NCBI RefSeq assembly: GCF_003149375.1
Contig: NZ_QFWH01000001.1
Span: 419,593-483,592, forward strand
From: Vampirovibrio chlorellavorus
GTDB lineage: Bacteria; Cyanobacteriota; Vampirovibrionia; Vampirovibrionales; Vampirovibrionaceae
DNA length: 64,000 nucleotides
Direction: 5' to 3'
Made by a program: the position numbers and the translations under genes
The notes under the pieces: generated by a model
What the model was told of the DNA's origin: nothing
The model's database searches: none
Seen by the model: only the letters and a program-made list of their open reading frames with translations
Shown: positions 43,609-53,926 of the stretch, in pieces
Layout: each line of letters opens with the position of its first letter
How positions within the stretch are numbered: position 1 is the stretch's first letter

Positions 43609-43648
43609 TTCCAGTGTGAAAGCCCAGTGCGTAATCCCAGTGTGTAAT
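43609..43648. repeat. Three tandem direct repeats of about 13 bp (tCCAGTGTGaaag, cCCAGTGCGtaat, cCCAGTGTGtaatt) in the gltP promoter region
   Basis: Seen directly. It lies upstream of a TATAAT (minus strand) that precedes the gltP start. Confidence 0.5.
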
Positions 43649-43706
43649 TATTGTAAACGGCGTAAACCGCCATTGCTGCCTGACACGTCAGCAACTCAAT
43701 ATCGCT

Positions 43707-44213
43707 TTAGCGCCGCCGCTTTTTGGGGGTAAACGCCGATGTGAGGGCATCCAGGGCGATATGGATGAGGGCTCCTATCCAAAGGCCCACACCCAGCATG
43801 AAAAAATCCGGCTGGTGGGCATTAAAAAATTGCTGCGTTGTGAGCAGTGAGGGCAAAGTGGTGCGTACCCCAAAAAAAGTCAGGAGCTGACGCAGGCCCA
43901 CATAAATCAGGGCCAGCATGCCGGTCAGGTAAAACAAGCGCAGCCAGGAAGCCCAGAGTAGTCCGTGAGAGAGCGGCGAGCGGTGCCGGGCTGCCCACTG
44001 GTAGGGAATCCAGATCCAGCGCAGCGCCCCCCAGCGGTAAAACGGACGGCTGGGAGTATCCAGATCCGGGCTCAGGTAAAAACCGCCCACCCAAGTGCCC
44101 ATGGTGATCAGCAGGCTTTGATGAAACGGTAAATTGAAGCCCCAGTGGGCAATCAGCCAGACGGATGGGAGCAGGGCCACGGTGACCCAGTCATGTGTTT
44201 TGCCACTTGCCAT
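43707..44213 (-). CDS. Putative metal-binding polytopic membrane protein (DUF2227-like)
   Basis: The N-terminal MASGKTHDW is followed by four hydrophobic segments with His-rich loops. Confidence 0.4.
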   Translation of the reverse strand: MASGKTHDWVTVALLPSVWLIAHWGFNLPFHQSLLITMGTWVGGFYLSPDLDTPSRPFYRWGALRWIWIPYQWAARHRSPLSHGLLWASWLRLFYLTGMLALIYVGLRQLLTFFGVRTTLPSLLTTQQFFNAHQPDFFMLGVGLWIGALIHIALDALTSAFTPKKRRR

Positions 44214-44339
44214 TGCTTGACTTTAGCATAGTTGGCCATTCCGTTTGGTTGAAGTGATCGCGTGTTCATCGGGGTTGCCTGTTGATTGAAGGGCAGGCGT
44301 AGTATAATACGCTAGCAGTGTTGAGGAGGAGGGAAGTTT

Positions 44340-45878
44340 ATGGCCGTTACGCAAGCCAATCCCCAGTTGAATTTTGAAATTAAACCCAGTGCCTTTAGTA
44401 AGCAAAGCCAGTTTTTAAACTACATTGACGGGCAATGGGTGCCCGCCAAATCGGGAAAAACCTTTGAAAGCCGCAACCCGGCCGAGCCTTCGGACCTGGT
44501 GGGCGTCTTTCCTGCCTGTGGGCCGGAGGATGTTAACGCGGCGGTGGCTGCCGCCAAAAAGGCCTATGAGCGCTGGCGTTTGTACCCCGCTCCCAAGCGT
44601 GGCGAAATCCTGTTCAAGGCCGGACAAATTCTGGTGGAACGCAAGGAGCAATTGGCCCGGGAAATGACTCGGGAAATGGGCAAAGTGCTGGCTGAAGCCC
44701 GTGGCGATGTGCAGGAAGTAATCGATATGACTTTTTATGCCGCCGGAGAAGGCCGCCGTATGTTCGGGCAGACTGTGCCGTCTGAATTGCAGAACAAATT
44801 TGCCATGTCCGTGCGGGTGCCCTTGGGCGTGGTGGGCCTCATCACCCCCTGGAACTTCCCCATGGCCATTCCCAGCTGGAAGCTGATGCCCGCCCTGATT
44901 TGCGGGAACACCTGCGTGTTAAAGCCCGCCAGCGATACGCCCTTGTTGTCTCATCGTCTGGTGGAAATTTTAGAGGAAGCTGGCCTGCCCAAAGGGGTGG
45001 TCAATGTGGTGTACGGCTCCGGGCGGGAAGTGGGCGAACCGCTGATGGCCCATAAGGACGTTTCCCTGATTTCCTTTACGGGCTCTACCGATATTGGCCG
45101 TCGGGTTAATGAGGCTTGCGCCCCGACCTTCAAGCGGGTGTCTCTGGAAATGGGCGGTAAAAACGCCATTATCATCATGGATGACGCCAATCTGGATTTG
45201 GCGGTGGATGGGGTTTTGTGGGGAGCCTTTGGCACCTCCGGGCAGCGTTGTACCGCGGCCAGCCGGGTCATTGTCCATCAAGCGGTGCATGCCCAGGTAC
45301 GGGACAAACTCAAAAAACGTATCGGTGAGCTGAAATTGGGCTATGGTCTCAACCCAGAGGTCAAAGTGGGCCCCGTGGTGAACGAGGCGGCCATGAAGAA
45401 AATCCTGGAGTACATCGAAATCGGCAAAAGCGAAGGCGCTGAGTTGATTGCCGGGGGGGCTCGGGATACGCAGGCGGGCTCCGGCTGGTTCGTGCAGCCC
45501 ACCTTGTTTGATAACGTAAAATCCACCATGCGCATTGCCCAGGAGGAAATTTTCGGGCCGGTGACGGCCCTGATTCCGGTGGGCAGCTTTGCAGAAGCCA
45601 TTGAAGTGGCCAATGGCATCGCCTTTGGCTTGTCCACGGCCATTTACACCAAAAACGTCAATCAGGCCTTCACCGCCCTGCGCGATTTGGACTCCGGCTT
45701 GTGCTACGTGAATGCCCCCACCATCGGGGCGGAAGTCCATCTTCCCTTTGGCGGTACCAAGGACACCGGCAACGGACACCGGGACGCTGGCACCACGGCT
45801 CTGGATGTGTTCTCCGAGTGGAAGAGCCTGTACGTGGACTACAGCGACAAGTTGCAACGGGCCCAAATTGACGATTAA
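44340..45878 (+). CDS. NAD(P)-dependent aldehyde dehydrogenase family protein
   Basis: [19 protein letters not shown] and the catalytic GQRCTAASR are ALDH signatures. Confidence 0.9.
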   Translation: MAVTQANPQLNFEIKPSAFSKQSQFLNYIDGQWVPAKSGKTFESRNPAEPSDLVGVFPACGPEDVNAAVAAAKKAYERWRLYPAPKRGEILFKAGQILVERKEQLAREMTREMGKVLAEARGDVQEVIDMTFYAAGEGRRMFGQTVPSELQNKFAMSVRVPLGVVGLITPWNFPMAIPSWKLMPALICGNTCVLKPASDTPLLSHRLVEILEEAGLPKGVVNVVYGSGREVGEPLMAHKDVSLISFTGSTDIGRRVNEACAPTFKRVSLEMGGKNAIIIMDDANLDLAVDGVLWGAFGTSGQRCTAASRVIVHQAVHAQVRDKLKKRIGELKLGYGLNPEVKVGPVVNEAAMKKILEYIEIGKSEGAELIAGGARDTQAGSGWFVQPTLFDNVKSTMRIAQEEIFGPVTALIPVGSFAEAIEVANGIAFGLSTAIYTKNVNQAFTALRDLDSGLCYVNAPTIGAEVHLPFGGTKDTGNGHRDAGTTALDVFSEWKSLYVDYSDKLQRAQIDD

Positions 45879-45902
45879 TTTCAACTGAAATTCAAGACCA
45901 CA

Positions 45903-45942
45903 GCGATCCTGCTTTCTCTTGGGAAGCGGGATCGTTTTCTTT
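45903..45942 (+). terminator. Rho-independent terminator after the aldehyde dehydrogenase gene
   Basis: GCGATCCTGCTTtctcttggGAAGCGGGATCG followed by TTTTCTTT. Confidence 0.55.
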
Positions 45943-46033
45943 AAAAGGCACAACAGGCCGAATGAGGACGGCGGCTTGTTGTGTTGGTCACCGGCTCGCA
46001 CTAAGATAGAGCCAACGTTCAATCAGGAGATTC

Positions 46034-47368
46034 ATGATGGCAGTTGAAACCCAAACCCCACTGAAGCGAATTTACGTGGAAAATATTGGTCAGCACGATG
46101 GGCAGACCGTCACCTTGCATGGCTGGCTGTACAACAAGCGCTCCAGTGGCAAGCTGCACTTTTTGCAACTGCGGGATGGCACCGGGATTATTCAGTGCGT
46201 GGTGTTCAAGGGCGATGTGGCTCCCGAAGTATTTGAGGCCGCTGATAAAGTCAGCCAGGAATCCTCCATTCAGGTAACTGGCATGGTAAAGGCGGATACC
46301 CGTTCCAAGTTGGGCTTTGAACTGGGCGTGACAGACTTTAAAGTGCTGGGAGAATCCGTAGATTATCCCATTAGTCCCAAGGAGCATGGGGTGGCCTTCC
46401 TGATGGATCACCGTCATTTGTGGCTGCGGTCGGCTCGGCAAAACGCCATCATTCGCATTCGGGCCGAAATTATTCGGGCGGTGCGGAATTATTTTGATCA
46501 GAATGGCTTCACTTTAGTAGACGCCCCCATTTTTACGCCCAACGCCTGCGAAGGCACCACCAACCTGTTTGAAACCGACTACTTTGATGAAAAGGCCTAC
46601 CTGACCCAAAGCGGACAATTGTACATGGAGGCCGCCGCCGCCGCCTTTGGCAAGGCCTATTGCTTTGGCCCCACCTTTCGGGCGGAAAAATCCAAAACCC
46701 GCCGCCACTTAACGGAGTTCTGGATGGTGGAGCCGGAAGTGGCGTTTATGGATCTGTATGAGGACATGGATCTGGCGGAGGATTTTGTGTGCTTTATTGT
46801 GCAGCAGGTGCTGCAAAACCGCCGGGCTGAACTGGAAGTGCTGGAGCGGGATATCAGCAAGCTGGAGGCCATCCGGAAGCCTTTCCCCCGCATTACTTAC
46901 GATGAGGCCATTGCGCTGATCCGCAAGCACGGGCCGGAAGAGGAACATAAAAACTTCCCGTGGGGCGAAGATTTTGGCGGTGATGAGGAAACCATTATCT
47001 CCAGCCAGTTTGATCGCCCTGTGTTTATTCACCATTATCCCGCTGAGATTAAGCCTTTTTACATGAAGCCGGATGCCGAGAACCCCAAGTACGCCCTGAA
47101 CGTGGATATGATTGCCCCGGAAGGCTACGGGGAAGTCATTGGCGGCGGTCAGCGGGAAGATGATTTGGAGGTGCTGGTCTCCAAAATTCAGCAACACGGT
47201 TTACCCATGGAAGCGTTTAACTGGTACCTGGATGTGCGCAAGTATGGCAGCTTTCCCCACGCCGGATTTGGTTTGGGTATTGAGCGCACCGTGTCCTGGA
47301 TTTGTGGGCTGCACCACGTTCGGGAAACCATTCCATTCCCCCGCTTGATGGATCGTTTAAGCCCCTAG
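46034..47368 (+). CDS. asnS: Asparagine--tRNA ligase
   Basis: N-terminal OB-fold, then the class II core motifs [19 protein letters not shown] and [10 protein letters not shown]. Confidence 0.95.
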   Translation: MMAVETQTPLKRIYVENIGQHDGQTVTLHGWLYNKRSSGKLHFLQLRDGTGIIQCVVFKGDVAPEVFEAADKVSQESSIQVTGMVKADTRSKLGFELGVTDFKVLGESVDYPISPKEHGVAFLMDHRHLWLRSARQNAIIRIRAEIIRAVRNYFDQNGFTLVDAPIFTPNACEGTTNLFETDYFDEKAYLTQSGQLYMEAAAAAFGKAYCFGPTFRAEKSKTRRHLTEFWMVEPEVAFMDLYEDMDLAEDFVCFIVQQVLQNRRAELEVLERDISKLEAIRKPFPRITYDEAIALIRKHGPEEEHKNFPWGEDFGGDEETIISSQFDRPVFIHHYPAEIKPFYMKPDAENPKYALNVDMIAPEGYGEVIGGGQREDDLEVLVSKIQQHGLPMEAFNWYLDVRKYGSFPHAGFGLGIERTVSWICGLHHVRETIPFPRLMDRLSP

Positions 47369-47395
47369 GGCACTGCTTCCTATCAGTACCTACTA

Positions 47396-47428
47396 AACAG
47401 AGGACCTTTGGTTCTCTGTTTTTGTTTG
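47396..47428 (+). terminator. Rho-independent terminator after asnS
   Basis: AACAGAGGA-cctttgg-TTCTCTGTT is a 9-bp stem, followed by TTTGTTTG. Confidence 0.6.
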
Positions 47429-47536
47429 TCCACCGGCTGTAATTCATTCGGATAGAGGATCAGCCTGGCAGGGATAGAAGGGTATGCTGGACAGAGGACA
47501 AGATCCAGATTTTTGAGTAATCACTGAGCGAACGAT

Positions 47537-48550
47537 ATGCCTGCAGCCCGTAAGCCTAAAAAGATTTTCATCCAGTTTGCCATCGCCATGGTGGTGGCTG
47601 TCATCTTTGGGGTTTCTGCCATTGTCGTCGGGTTTATGGTGATTCAGGGTATTTCCACCAACGCGGAGCAGGTGCAAAAAGAAGCGGCTGCCAAGGCGGA
47701 AGCCGCCAAGGTGGAAGCGGAAAAGTATCGTAAATTGCAGGAACAACTGAGCAGAACGCCCAAAACCTATCGCGTGGTAACGGCTTTGGTCGATTTAAGG
47801 CCCGGTCAAACCATTACCAAAGATATCGTGACCCTGGCGGAGGTTGTGGAAAGACCCTTGCCCGGTACTTTGAGCCTGATTTCCCAGGCGATGGGCAAGG
47901 TGGTCAAGTCGCCGGTACTGACCGGAGAACCGCTGGACAGCTCCAAATTGATGGATACCGGTGGTATTTCGGTGGAACCCGGGATGCGGGCCATTACGAT
48001 TGAAGTGAATAACATCGGTGGGCTTGGAGGCGCATTGCCGCCGGGCGCCCATGTGGATGTATTGACCACCGTGTTCAAGGAAGATGAGGCCATCACGCGT
48101 ACCTTGCTGCAAAATGTGCCGGTTGTCGCTGTGAACGCTGCCGGGGCGGGCTCCGCGGCTCGTTCGGGTTCTGCGTCAAAATTGACTGCTGTGACTGGTG
48201 GTAATTATGCCGTTACTTTGGTGGTAAACCCTGCTCAGGCGGAATTGCTGACTTTGGCCGGCCAGCTGGGAGGATTTCATTTAACCCTTCGTAATTTCTC
48301 GGATGCTCGGAAATCGACTTTGGCGGGTGCGGATTTGACCAGTGTGATGACCGGAATTCAGCCGGCTACTTTCAAAGGAAACATCCCCGTACGGCCAGCA
48401 AAAGGGACCGACAAATCCGGCTTTTACAACGTGAATTACTCCCCTGCGGATAATTTGCCTTACCCGGAGCCGGATAGCAAGGCCGGTAATAAATTTACGA
48501 TGCAGGTGTATCGGGGAACCGGTACGGAAACCATTGATTTTCAGCGCTAA
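47537..48550 (+). CDS. cpaB: Flp pilus assembly protein CpaB/RcpC
   Basis: An N-terminal TM is followed by a SAF-like domain (TYRVVTALVDLRPGQTITKDIV) and a C-terminal beta-rich domain. Confidence 0.85.
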   Translation: MPAARKPKKIFIQFAIAMVVAVIFGVSAIVVGFMVIQGISTNAEQVQKEAAAKAEAAKVEAEKYRKLQEQLSRTPKTYRVVTALVDLRPGQTITKDIVTLAEVVERPLPGTLSLISQAMGKVVKSPVLTGEPLDSSKLMDTGGISVEPGMRAITIEVNNIGGLGGALPPGAHVDVLTTVFKEDEAITRTLLQNVPVVAVNAAGAGSAARSGSASKLTAVTGGNYAVTLVVNPAQAELLTLAGQLGGFHLTLRNFSDARKSTLAGADLTSVMTGIQPATFKGNIPVRPAKGTDKSGFYNVNYSPADNLPYPEPDSKAGNKFTMQVYRGTGTETIDFQR

Positions 48551-48600
48551 AAACCCCGCTGATGATTGGTCAGTATCTATTTAACCAAAAGGATGACGCT

Positions 48601-50139
48601 ATGAACGGGAGAAGTGGAAAAAGGCTGATGAGAATGGCCTTGGCTGTGGTGGTGGCCGCACATCTGCTTCCCGTGTCCGCATTGTTGTTGGGGGCGGTGG
48701 CCGCTGACGGAAATGGGGGCAAGCCCGCCAAGATGGTGGTGCAGATGCCTGAGTTAAACCCTCAGCCTTTAGAGGCCTCTAGTCTGCCCGCTCCGGTCGC
48801 GGTTCAGCAGGCAACCCCCACCAAGGCAGAAACGCCTGCTTTTATCCTGCAGCATCTGGATGAGAGTGAAACACTCAATCGTGTGGCTGGGGCACCCCAA
48901 AAAACCAAAGCGCTGCAAGGGAGTGTCACCAGTATTCACGTGACGCGGGGACGCTCTCAAATCGTTAAGTTCGCCCAGCCCATCATGCGCTTGTCCATTG
49001 CGGAGCCTTCGGTGGCCGACATCATTCCTTTGTCTCCGGATCAAATCATGGTGAATGGCAAACTGCGTGGGGTAACCAGTTTGATTGTATGGGATGAAAA
49101 CGGACAAGAGGGTATTTTTGATCTGTACGTTCAAAATGATAGCAGTGAGCTGCTGGATGCGGTCAGTAACATTGCTCCCAATGAGAAAATTCAGGCTCGG
49201 GTGACCGATGATTCCTTTATCCTGTCGGGCCAGGTATCGAGTTCCGTAGTACTGGACGAGATCCGAAAAACAGCGGCCGCCTATGGCTACCGGGATGATA
49301 AATTTATCGATCTGACCGATACCCCGGTACCTCAGGTTTTGCTGGAAGTTCGGATTGCGGAGGCCAACCGCAGTATTGGTCGTGAATTAAAAACGGCCTA
49401 TCAGATGCGTTCTGCCAAAGGTGATCTCAATATGATTCGGCTGGCCAATCCGTTGGATGGATCTTTTCTATCAAATATACAGAGAGCGACCAGTGGACTC
49501 AATCCCAGTGCCTTTGGCCCAATACAGAACAATCAGGCCAGTACCAATGTGGGTGGCTCTACAGGCTCGGTTACCCCTTTTCGAAATTTCAGCGTAATGT
49601 GGGACATGCTGGAAACTTCCGGCAAGCTGAATACGCTGGCCAATCCAACCCTGGTATGTACGCATGGGCGCAGTGCCAGTTTTCTGGCCGGGGGAGAATT
49701 TCCATACGTGGCTGGCACGGATCAGAACGGCAGCCCGATTATTCAGTTTAAGGAATTTGGGGTGAAGCTGGGCTTTACACCGTGGATTGCCATTAAGTCT
49801 GGCCGTATCGAATTGAAAGTTTCTCCCGAAGTCAGCAATGTGGATACTTCCAATTGTCAGACTACCACCGGGGGGACACAGGTTTGCGGTATCGCCAGAC
49901 GTTCCACGGATACGACCGTAGAACTGATGGATGGGGAAACGCTGATGATTTCCGGTATTTTAAGCAGAGAGGAGCAAAATACTTTCAGCAAAATACCGTT
50001 TATTGGAAATTTGCCCATTTTAGGCAACTTCTTTAAAAATGCCGATATGAGTAAGAGTGATCGGGAGTTGGTGGTGGTGATAACTCCGCATATCGTCAAG
50101 GCAGCCGATTACGGCAAGGTTTTAGGAACCGTGCAATAA
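48601..50139 (+). CDS. cpaC: Tad/Flp pilus secretin CpaC/RcpA
   Basis: A signal peptide is followed by the secretin C-domain (GGEFPYVAGTDQNGSPIIQFKEFGVKLGFTPWI...ELVVVITPHIV). The start is at Met14 with an AAGGA RBS. Confidence 0.9.
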   Translation: MNGRSGKRLMRMALAVVVAAHLLPVSALLLGAVAADGNGGKPAKMVVQMPELNPQPLEASSLPAPVAVQQATPTKAETPAFILQHLDESETLNRVAGAPQKTKALQGSVTSIHVTRGRSQIVKFAQPIMRLSIAEPSVADIIPLSPDQIMVNGKLRGVTSLIVWDENGQEGIFDLYVQNDSSELLDAVSNIAPNEKIQARVTDDSFILSGQVSSSVVLDEIRKTAAAYGYRDDKFIDLTDTPVPQVLLEVRIAEANRSIGRELKTAYQMRSAKGDLNMIRLANPLDGSFLSNIQRATSGLNPSAFGPIQNNQASTNVGGSTGSVTPFRNFSVMWDMLETSGKLNTLANPTLVCTHGRSASFLAGGEFPYVAGTDQNGSPIIQFKEFGVKLGFTPWIAIKSGRIELKVSPEVSNVDTSNCQTTTGGTQVCGIARRSTDTTVELMDGETLMISGILSREEQNTFSKIPFIGNLPILGNFFKNADMSKSDRELVVVITPHIVKAADYGKVLGTVQ

Positions 50140-50163
50140 TGCGTCCGGCAAGAGAGTAAGGAC

Positions 50164-51384
50164 ATGTCAAATAATTTAACCGTTGTGATTATTGAGGAAA
50201 ACCCGGCTGTTCGAGCGTTATTGCAGACGGCTTTACTGGGCATTCCCGGTGTGGAAATTCTGGCCGAGACCGATAGTCTGGTTTACGGTTATGAATTGAT
50301 TCGCCAGAATCGTCCTAAAGTGGTATTTCTGGATTTACGGGAGAATGCCGCGAAAAGTCTGGACACGGCCCGGCGAATTTCCTCTTATTTCAAAGATGTG
50401 CTGCTGATTGCCTCTGGGCCGGATATGAGTCTGGAGATGATCAAGGCTTGCATGGAAGTAGGCATTCGCGATTTTCTCAAGCGGCCTTTCGATGCTGCTC
50501 AGGTCAAGGAGGTGCTGGAGAAACATCAGTTGGCCTTACTGGCCAGTACCGATGCGGGCGATAGAAGCGGTCGAATTGTGACGGTGTTCAGTAACAAGGG
50601 CGGGCTGGGAAAAACCACCATTGCCGTTAATCTGGCTTTGGCCCTTTCAGAAACCATTGGCAAACCGGTTGCCCTGGTTGATTTGAACTTGCAACTGGGC
50701 GACATTACCACTTTCCTGGATGTGGAGCCCAAGCAGACCATTGTCGATGTTGCGCGTAATATTGGGCGCGTGGATGCGGCGTATCTGGAAGGCTCCCTGG
50801 CACAGTATCAAACCAAAAACGCCACGGTTTACGTGTTGGCTGATCCCTTGTATGTGGAAGACGCCGAGGAAGTAACCGCAGAACAGATTAACGCTGTTTT
50901 GACCGTACTGCGGGCCACCTTTGAATACGTGATTATTGATACTACCACGTCTTTTGACTCTAAAACGCTGGCGGCGCTCGATTTGGCCGATTACATTCTT
51001 CTGGTGACCATGGTTAATCTTCCCAGTATTCGCAGTAGCCAGCGATTGCTCAACCTGTTTGAGCGGCTTGGCTATGATGCTCAAAAAATAAAGCTGGTGA
51101 TCAATCGTTATATTCCGGGTGAGGAAATTACCATTGAGGACGTGGAAGAAACGCTGGAGCATCCCCTGTTCTGGAAAATCCCCAATAATTATGGGGTGGT
51201 GATGACGGCAATCAACCGGGGTATTCCAATCTCAATGGTGGAGAACAGCAAGGCGCTGGAGAAAAATTTCCTGGAACTGGCCCAGAAACTGAGCGGTGTC
51301 CTGTCATCATCCGGTGTCGCCTATTCCACACCCGCCCGCAAGGAGTCCAAAAGTATTTTAGGCAACTTGTTCGGCAAACGGTAA
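50164..51384 (+). CDS. cpaE: Flp pilus assembly ATPase-like protein CpaE/TadZ, with a receiver-like N-domain and a ParA/MinD-like domain
   Basis: VIIEENPAVRALLQTAL... then SNKGGLGKTTIAVNLALAL, a deviant Walker A. Confidence 0.85.
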   Translation: MSNNLTVVIIEENPAVRALLQTALLGIPGVEILAETDSLVYGYELIRQNRPKVVFLDLRENAAKSLDTARRISSYFKDVLLIASGPDMSLEMIKACMEVGIRDFLKRPFDAAQVKEVLEKHQLALLASTDAGDRSGRIVTVFSNKGGLGKTTIAVNLALALSETIGKPVALVDLNLQLGDITTFLDVEPKQTIVDVARNIGRVDAAYLEGSLAQYQTKNATVYVLADPLYVEDAEEVTAEQINAVLTVLRATFEYVIIDTTTSFDSKTLAALDLADYILLVTMVNLPSIRSSQRLLNLFERLGYDAQKIKLVINRYIPGEEITIEDVEETLEHPLFWKIPNNYGVVMTAINRGIPISMVENSKALEKNFLELAQKLSGVLSSSGVAYSTPARKESKSILGNLFGKR

Positions 51385-51413
51385 GACAATTCAATTAAGG
51401 TCTGGGAGCCTCT

Positions 51414-52892
51414 ATGTCTTTAAGGGATCGTTTAAAAAAACCGGGAGTGCCACAGAGTGGCTCCTCTTTTGGTTTGGAAGCCAACAGTTCCCAGGCGTCC
51501 GGAAACGCACAGACTTCGTTTGGCTCGCTATCGTCGTCCGGATATGGAAACACCACGCCGGGAGCGGCAGGCGCCCCTGAGAACCATAACAACCAGCCTA
51601 GAAAGGGAGACCGGTTTGAGGAGGTAAAAACGAAAGTTCATAACATGCTGGTGGAAAATTTGAATATTACTTCCACTGATGTGTTGAGTAAGAATGATGT
51701 GTCTCTAGCGGCCTATCAGTTTCTGGAAAAAATCCTGATGGCTGAAAAAGTGCCCATGGGCACTTCAGAACGCTCCATGCTGATTCAGGAACTGGTGGAA
51801 GAAGTGGTGGGCCTGGGGCCTCTGGAGCCTTTGCTGAGGGACCCTACCATCTCTGAAATCATGGTGAATGGGCCCAAGAATGTTTACATCGAGCGCATGG
51901 GTAAGCTGCACAAGACGACCGTCAGCTTTAAAGACAATGCGCATGTCATGCATATTATTGAGCGGATTGTTTCTGCGGTGGGTCGCCGGGTGGATGAGAA
52001 AACGCCCATGGTGGATGCCCGCCTGAAGGATGGTTCCCGGTTTAACGCCATTATTCCCCCATTGGCGCTGGATGGCCCTTCTATCTCCATTCGTAAGTTC
52101 AAGGCGGATGCCGGGACATTGGAAAAACTATTGGGCTGGGGCTCCATGACCCCCGCGATGGCCAAAACATTAGAGGCCGCTGTGAGGTGTCATTTAAATA
52201 TCATTATTTCCGGGGGAACCGGCTCCGGTAAAACAACCATGCTGAACTCGTTATCGGCGCTGATTGCTCCCGATGAACGGATTGTGACCATTGAGGACTC
52301 CGCGGAATTGCAGTTGAAGCAAGAGCATGTGGTGCGCTTGGAAACCCGTCCGCCCAACATTGAGGGGGAAGGTCAGATTACGGCCCGGCAACTCATGATC
52401 AACTCGCTGCGGATGCGTCCGGATCGCATTGTGGTGGGTGAGTGTCGGGGCCCAGAAACCCTGGAAATGTTGCAGGCCATGAACACGGGACACGATGGCT
52501 CCTTGACCACACTGCACGCCAACACGCCTCGGGATGCCATTGCCCGTATTGTGACCATGTGCATGATGAACGATAATCCCCTGCCTGAAAAAACCATTCG
52601 GCAACAAATTGCCTCGGCCGTCCATCTGATTGTGCAGGTCAGCCGTTTAATGGATGGACAGCGCAAGACCACTTCCATCTCCGAGATTACAGGAATGGAA
52701 GGGGACATGGTCACCATGCAGGAAATTTTTAAATTTGAGCAATACGGTCTGGATGAAAATTTCAAAGTGATTGGCCGTCACGTGGCGACCGGTGTTCGTC
52801 CCCGCTTTGCCGATATTTGCAAGGCCAAAGGGATTGAGTTGCCCCATAACATTTTTGAGCGGGATGATTCTCCGCCACCTGAGGTGAAATAG
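51414..52892 (+). CDS. cpaF: Tad/Flp pilus secretion ATPase CpaF/TadA
   Basis: Walker [13 protein letters not shown], His box and Asp box, VirB11/GspE-like. Confidence 0.95.
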   Translation: MSLRDRLKKPGVPQSGSSFGLEANSSQASGNAQTSFGSLSSSGYGNTTPGAAGAPENHNNQPRKGDRFEEVKTKVHNMLVENLNITSTDVLSKNDVSLAAYQFLEKILMAEKVPMGTSERSMLIQELVEEVVGLGPLEPLLRDPTISEIMVNGPKNVYIERMGKLHKTTVSFKDNAHVMHIIERIVSAVGRRVDEKTPMVDARLKDGSRFNAIIPPLALDGPSISIRKFKADAGTLEKLLGWGSMTPAMAKTLEAAVRCHLNIIISGGTGSGKTTMLNSLSALIAPDERIVTIEDSAELQLKQEHVVRLETRPPNIEGEGQITARQLMINSLRMRPDRIVVGECRGPETLEMLQAMNTGHDGSLTTLHANTPRDAIARIVTMCMMNDNPLPEKTIRQQIASAVHLIVQVSRLMDGQRKTTSISEITGMEGDMVTMQEIFKFEQYGLDENFKVIGRHVATGVRPRFADICKAKGIELPHNIFERDDSPPPEVK

Positions 52893-52919
52893 ACTGTACT
52901 TAACTGGAAGCGCCTGTTA

Positions 52920-53924
52920 ATGAGTCCAATGCTGCTACTGATTCTGATGCTGATGGCCTTCTTATTGATGGCGGTTGGTTTTGGGGCGGCTGTTTTTTTG
53001 TTCCAGAGATATGCCAATCCTGAGCCGACCGAAGTTCAGAAGCGGTTAATGATGCTCAAGCAAAGGACGGTCAGCGAGAGTCAGGGCCCCGCTGAAGATC
53101 AGTTGAAAAAGCTGGCCTCTCTGTTTAAGGAGGCCGATTATCAAAATGAAAAACTCGGTGCCAAGCTGGAGCGGATTCCTTTTTTCCTGACCCTGAAAAT
53201 TCGGATGCAGCAGGCTGGTATTAACACACCCGCTGATAAATATTTCATTATGAATATGTTGATGCCAGTGGTGATCCTGACGGTTCTGGCGCTTGTCAGT
53301 GGTTTTTTCATGATGATATTGCTGGGATTGATATGGTCGGTGGGTTCCTACCTTTTGGTTTTATTCAAACGCAAGCAGCGTTACGCGAAATTTATTGCCC
53401 AGTTTCCAGACGCTTTGAGTATGATTACCAGCGCGCTGAGGGCTGGCCATTCTTTCCAGTCGGCTTTGACCGTGGTTGCCAGTGAAATGCCCAATCCAAT
53501 CGCCCTGGAGTTCGCGTCCATGGTGAAAGATATTAATCTGGGCATTCCGGTTCGGGAGTCTCTGTCGCGTCTGGTGGCCAAACTGGATACGTTGCCCGAT
53601 GTTCGCATGTTCGCCACCGCCGTGATGATTCAGCGAGAGGCGGGTGGTAACCTGGCTGAGGTGCTGGAGAGTTTGGGATACACCATTCGTGAGCGTTTTA
53701 AATTAAAAGGTCAAATCTCGGCTTTGACCGGTCAGTCCCGATTAACCGGTTATGTGTTGGGCGGGGCTCCGGCGTTTTTGCTGATTCTTTTATCGGTGTT
53801 CTTCTATGGCTATGTTTCCCCACTCTACGAGACTGAAATGGGTCATGTGGCCTTGATGATCGCTGTGGTTTTACAATGTATAGGCTTTTCTATTATGAAA
53901 AAAATTGTGGATATTCGGGTGTAA
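52920..53924 (+). CDS. tadB: Tad pilus inner-membrane platform protein TadB (T2SSF family)
   Basis: GspF-like domain with conserved IQREAGGNLAEVLESL. Confidence 0.85.
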   Translation: MSPMLLLILMLMAFLLMAVGFGAAVFLFQRYANPEPTEVQKRLMMLKQRTVSESQGPAEDQLKKLASLFKEADYQNEKLGAKLERIPFFLTLKIRMQQAGINTPADKYFIMNMLMPVVILTVLALVSGFFMMILLGLIWSVGSYLLVLFKRKQRYAKFIAQFPDALSMITSALRAGHSFQSALTVVASEMPNPIALEFASMVKDINLGIPVRESLSRLVAKLDTLPDVRMFATAVMIQREAGGNLAEVLESLGYTIRERFKLKGQISALTGQSRLTGYVLGGAPAFLLILLSVFFYGYVSPLYETEMGHVALMIAVVLQCIGFSIMKKIVDIRV

Positions 53925-53926
53925 TC

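Noticed and set aside
44970-46022. 350-aa minus-strand ORF
   Set aside because: It is antisense to the aldehyde dehydrogenase gene.
53876-53926. ATG-initiated 5' extension of tadC overlapping the tadB 3' end
   Set aside because: The extension (MYRLFYYEKNCGYSG) is not TadC-like. A GTG at 53927 immediately after the tadB stop gives a canonical gene boundary.
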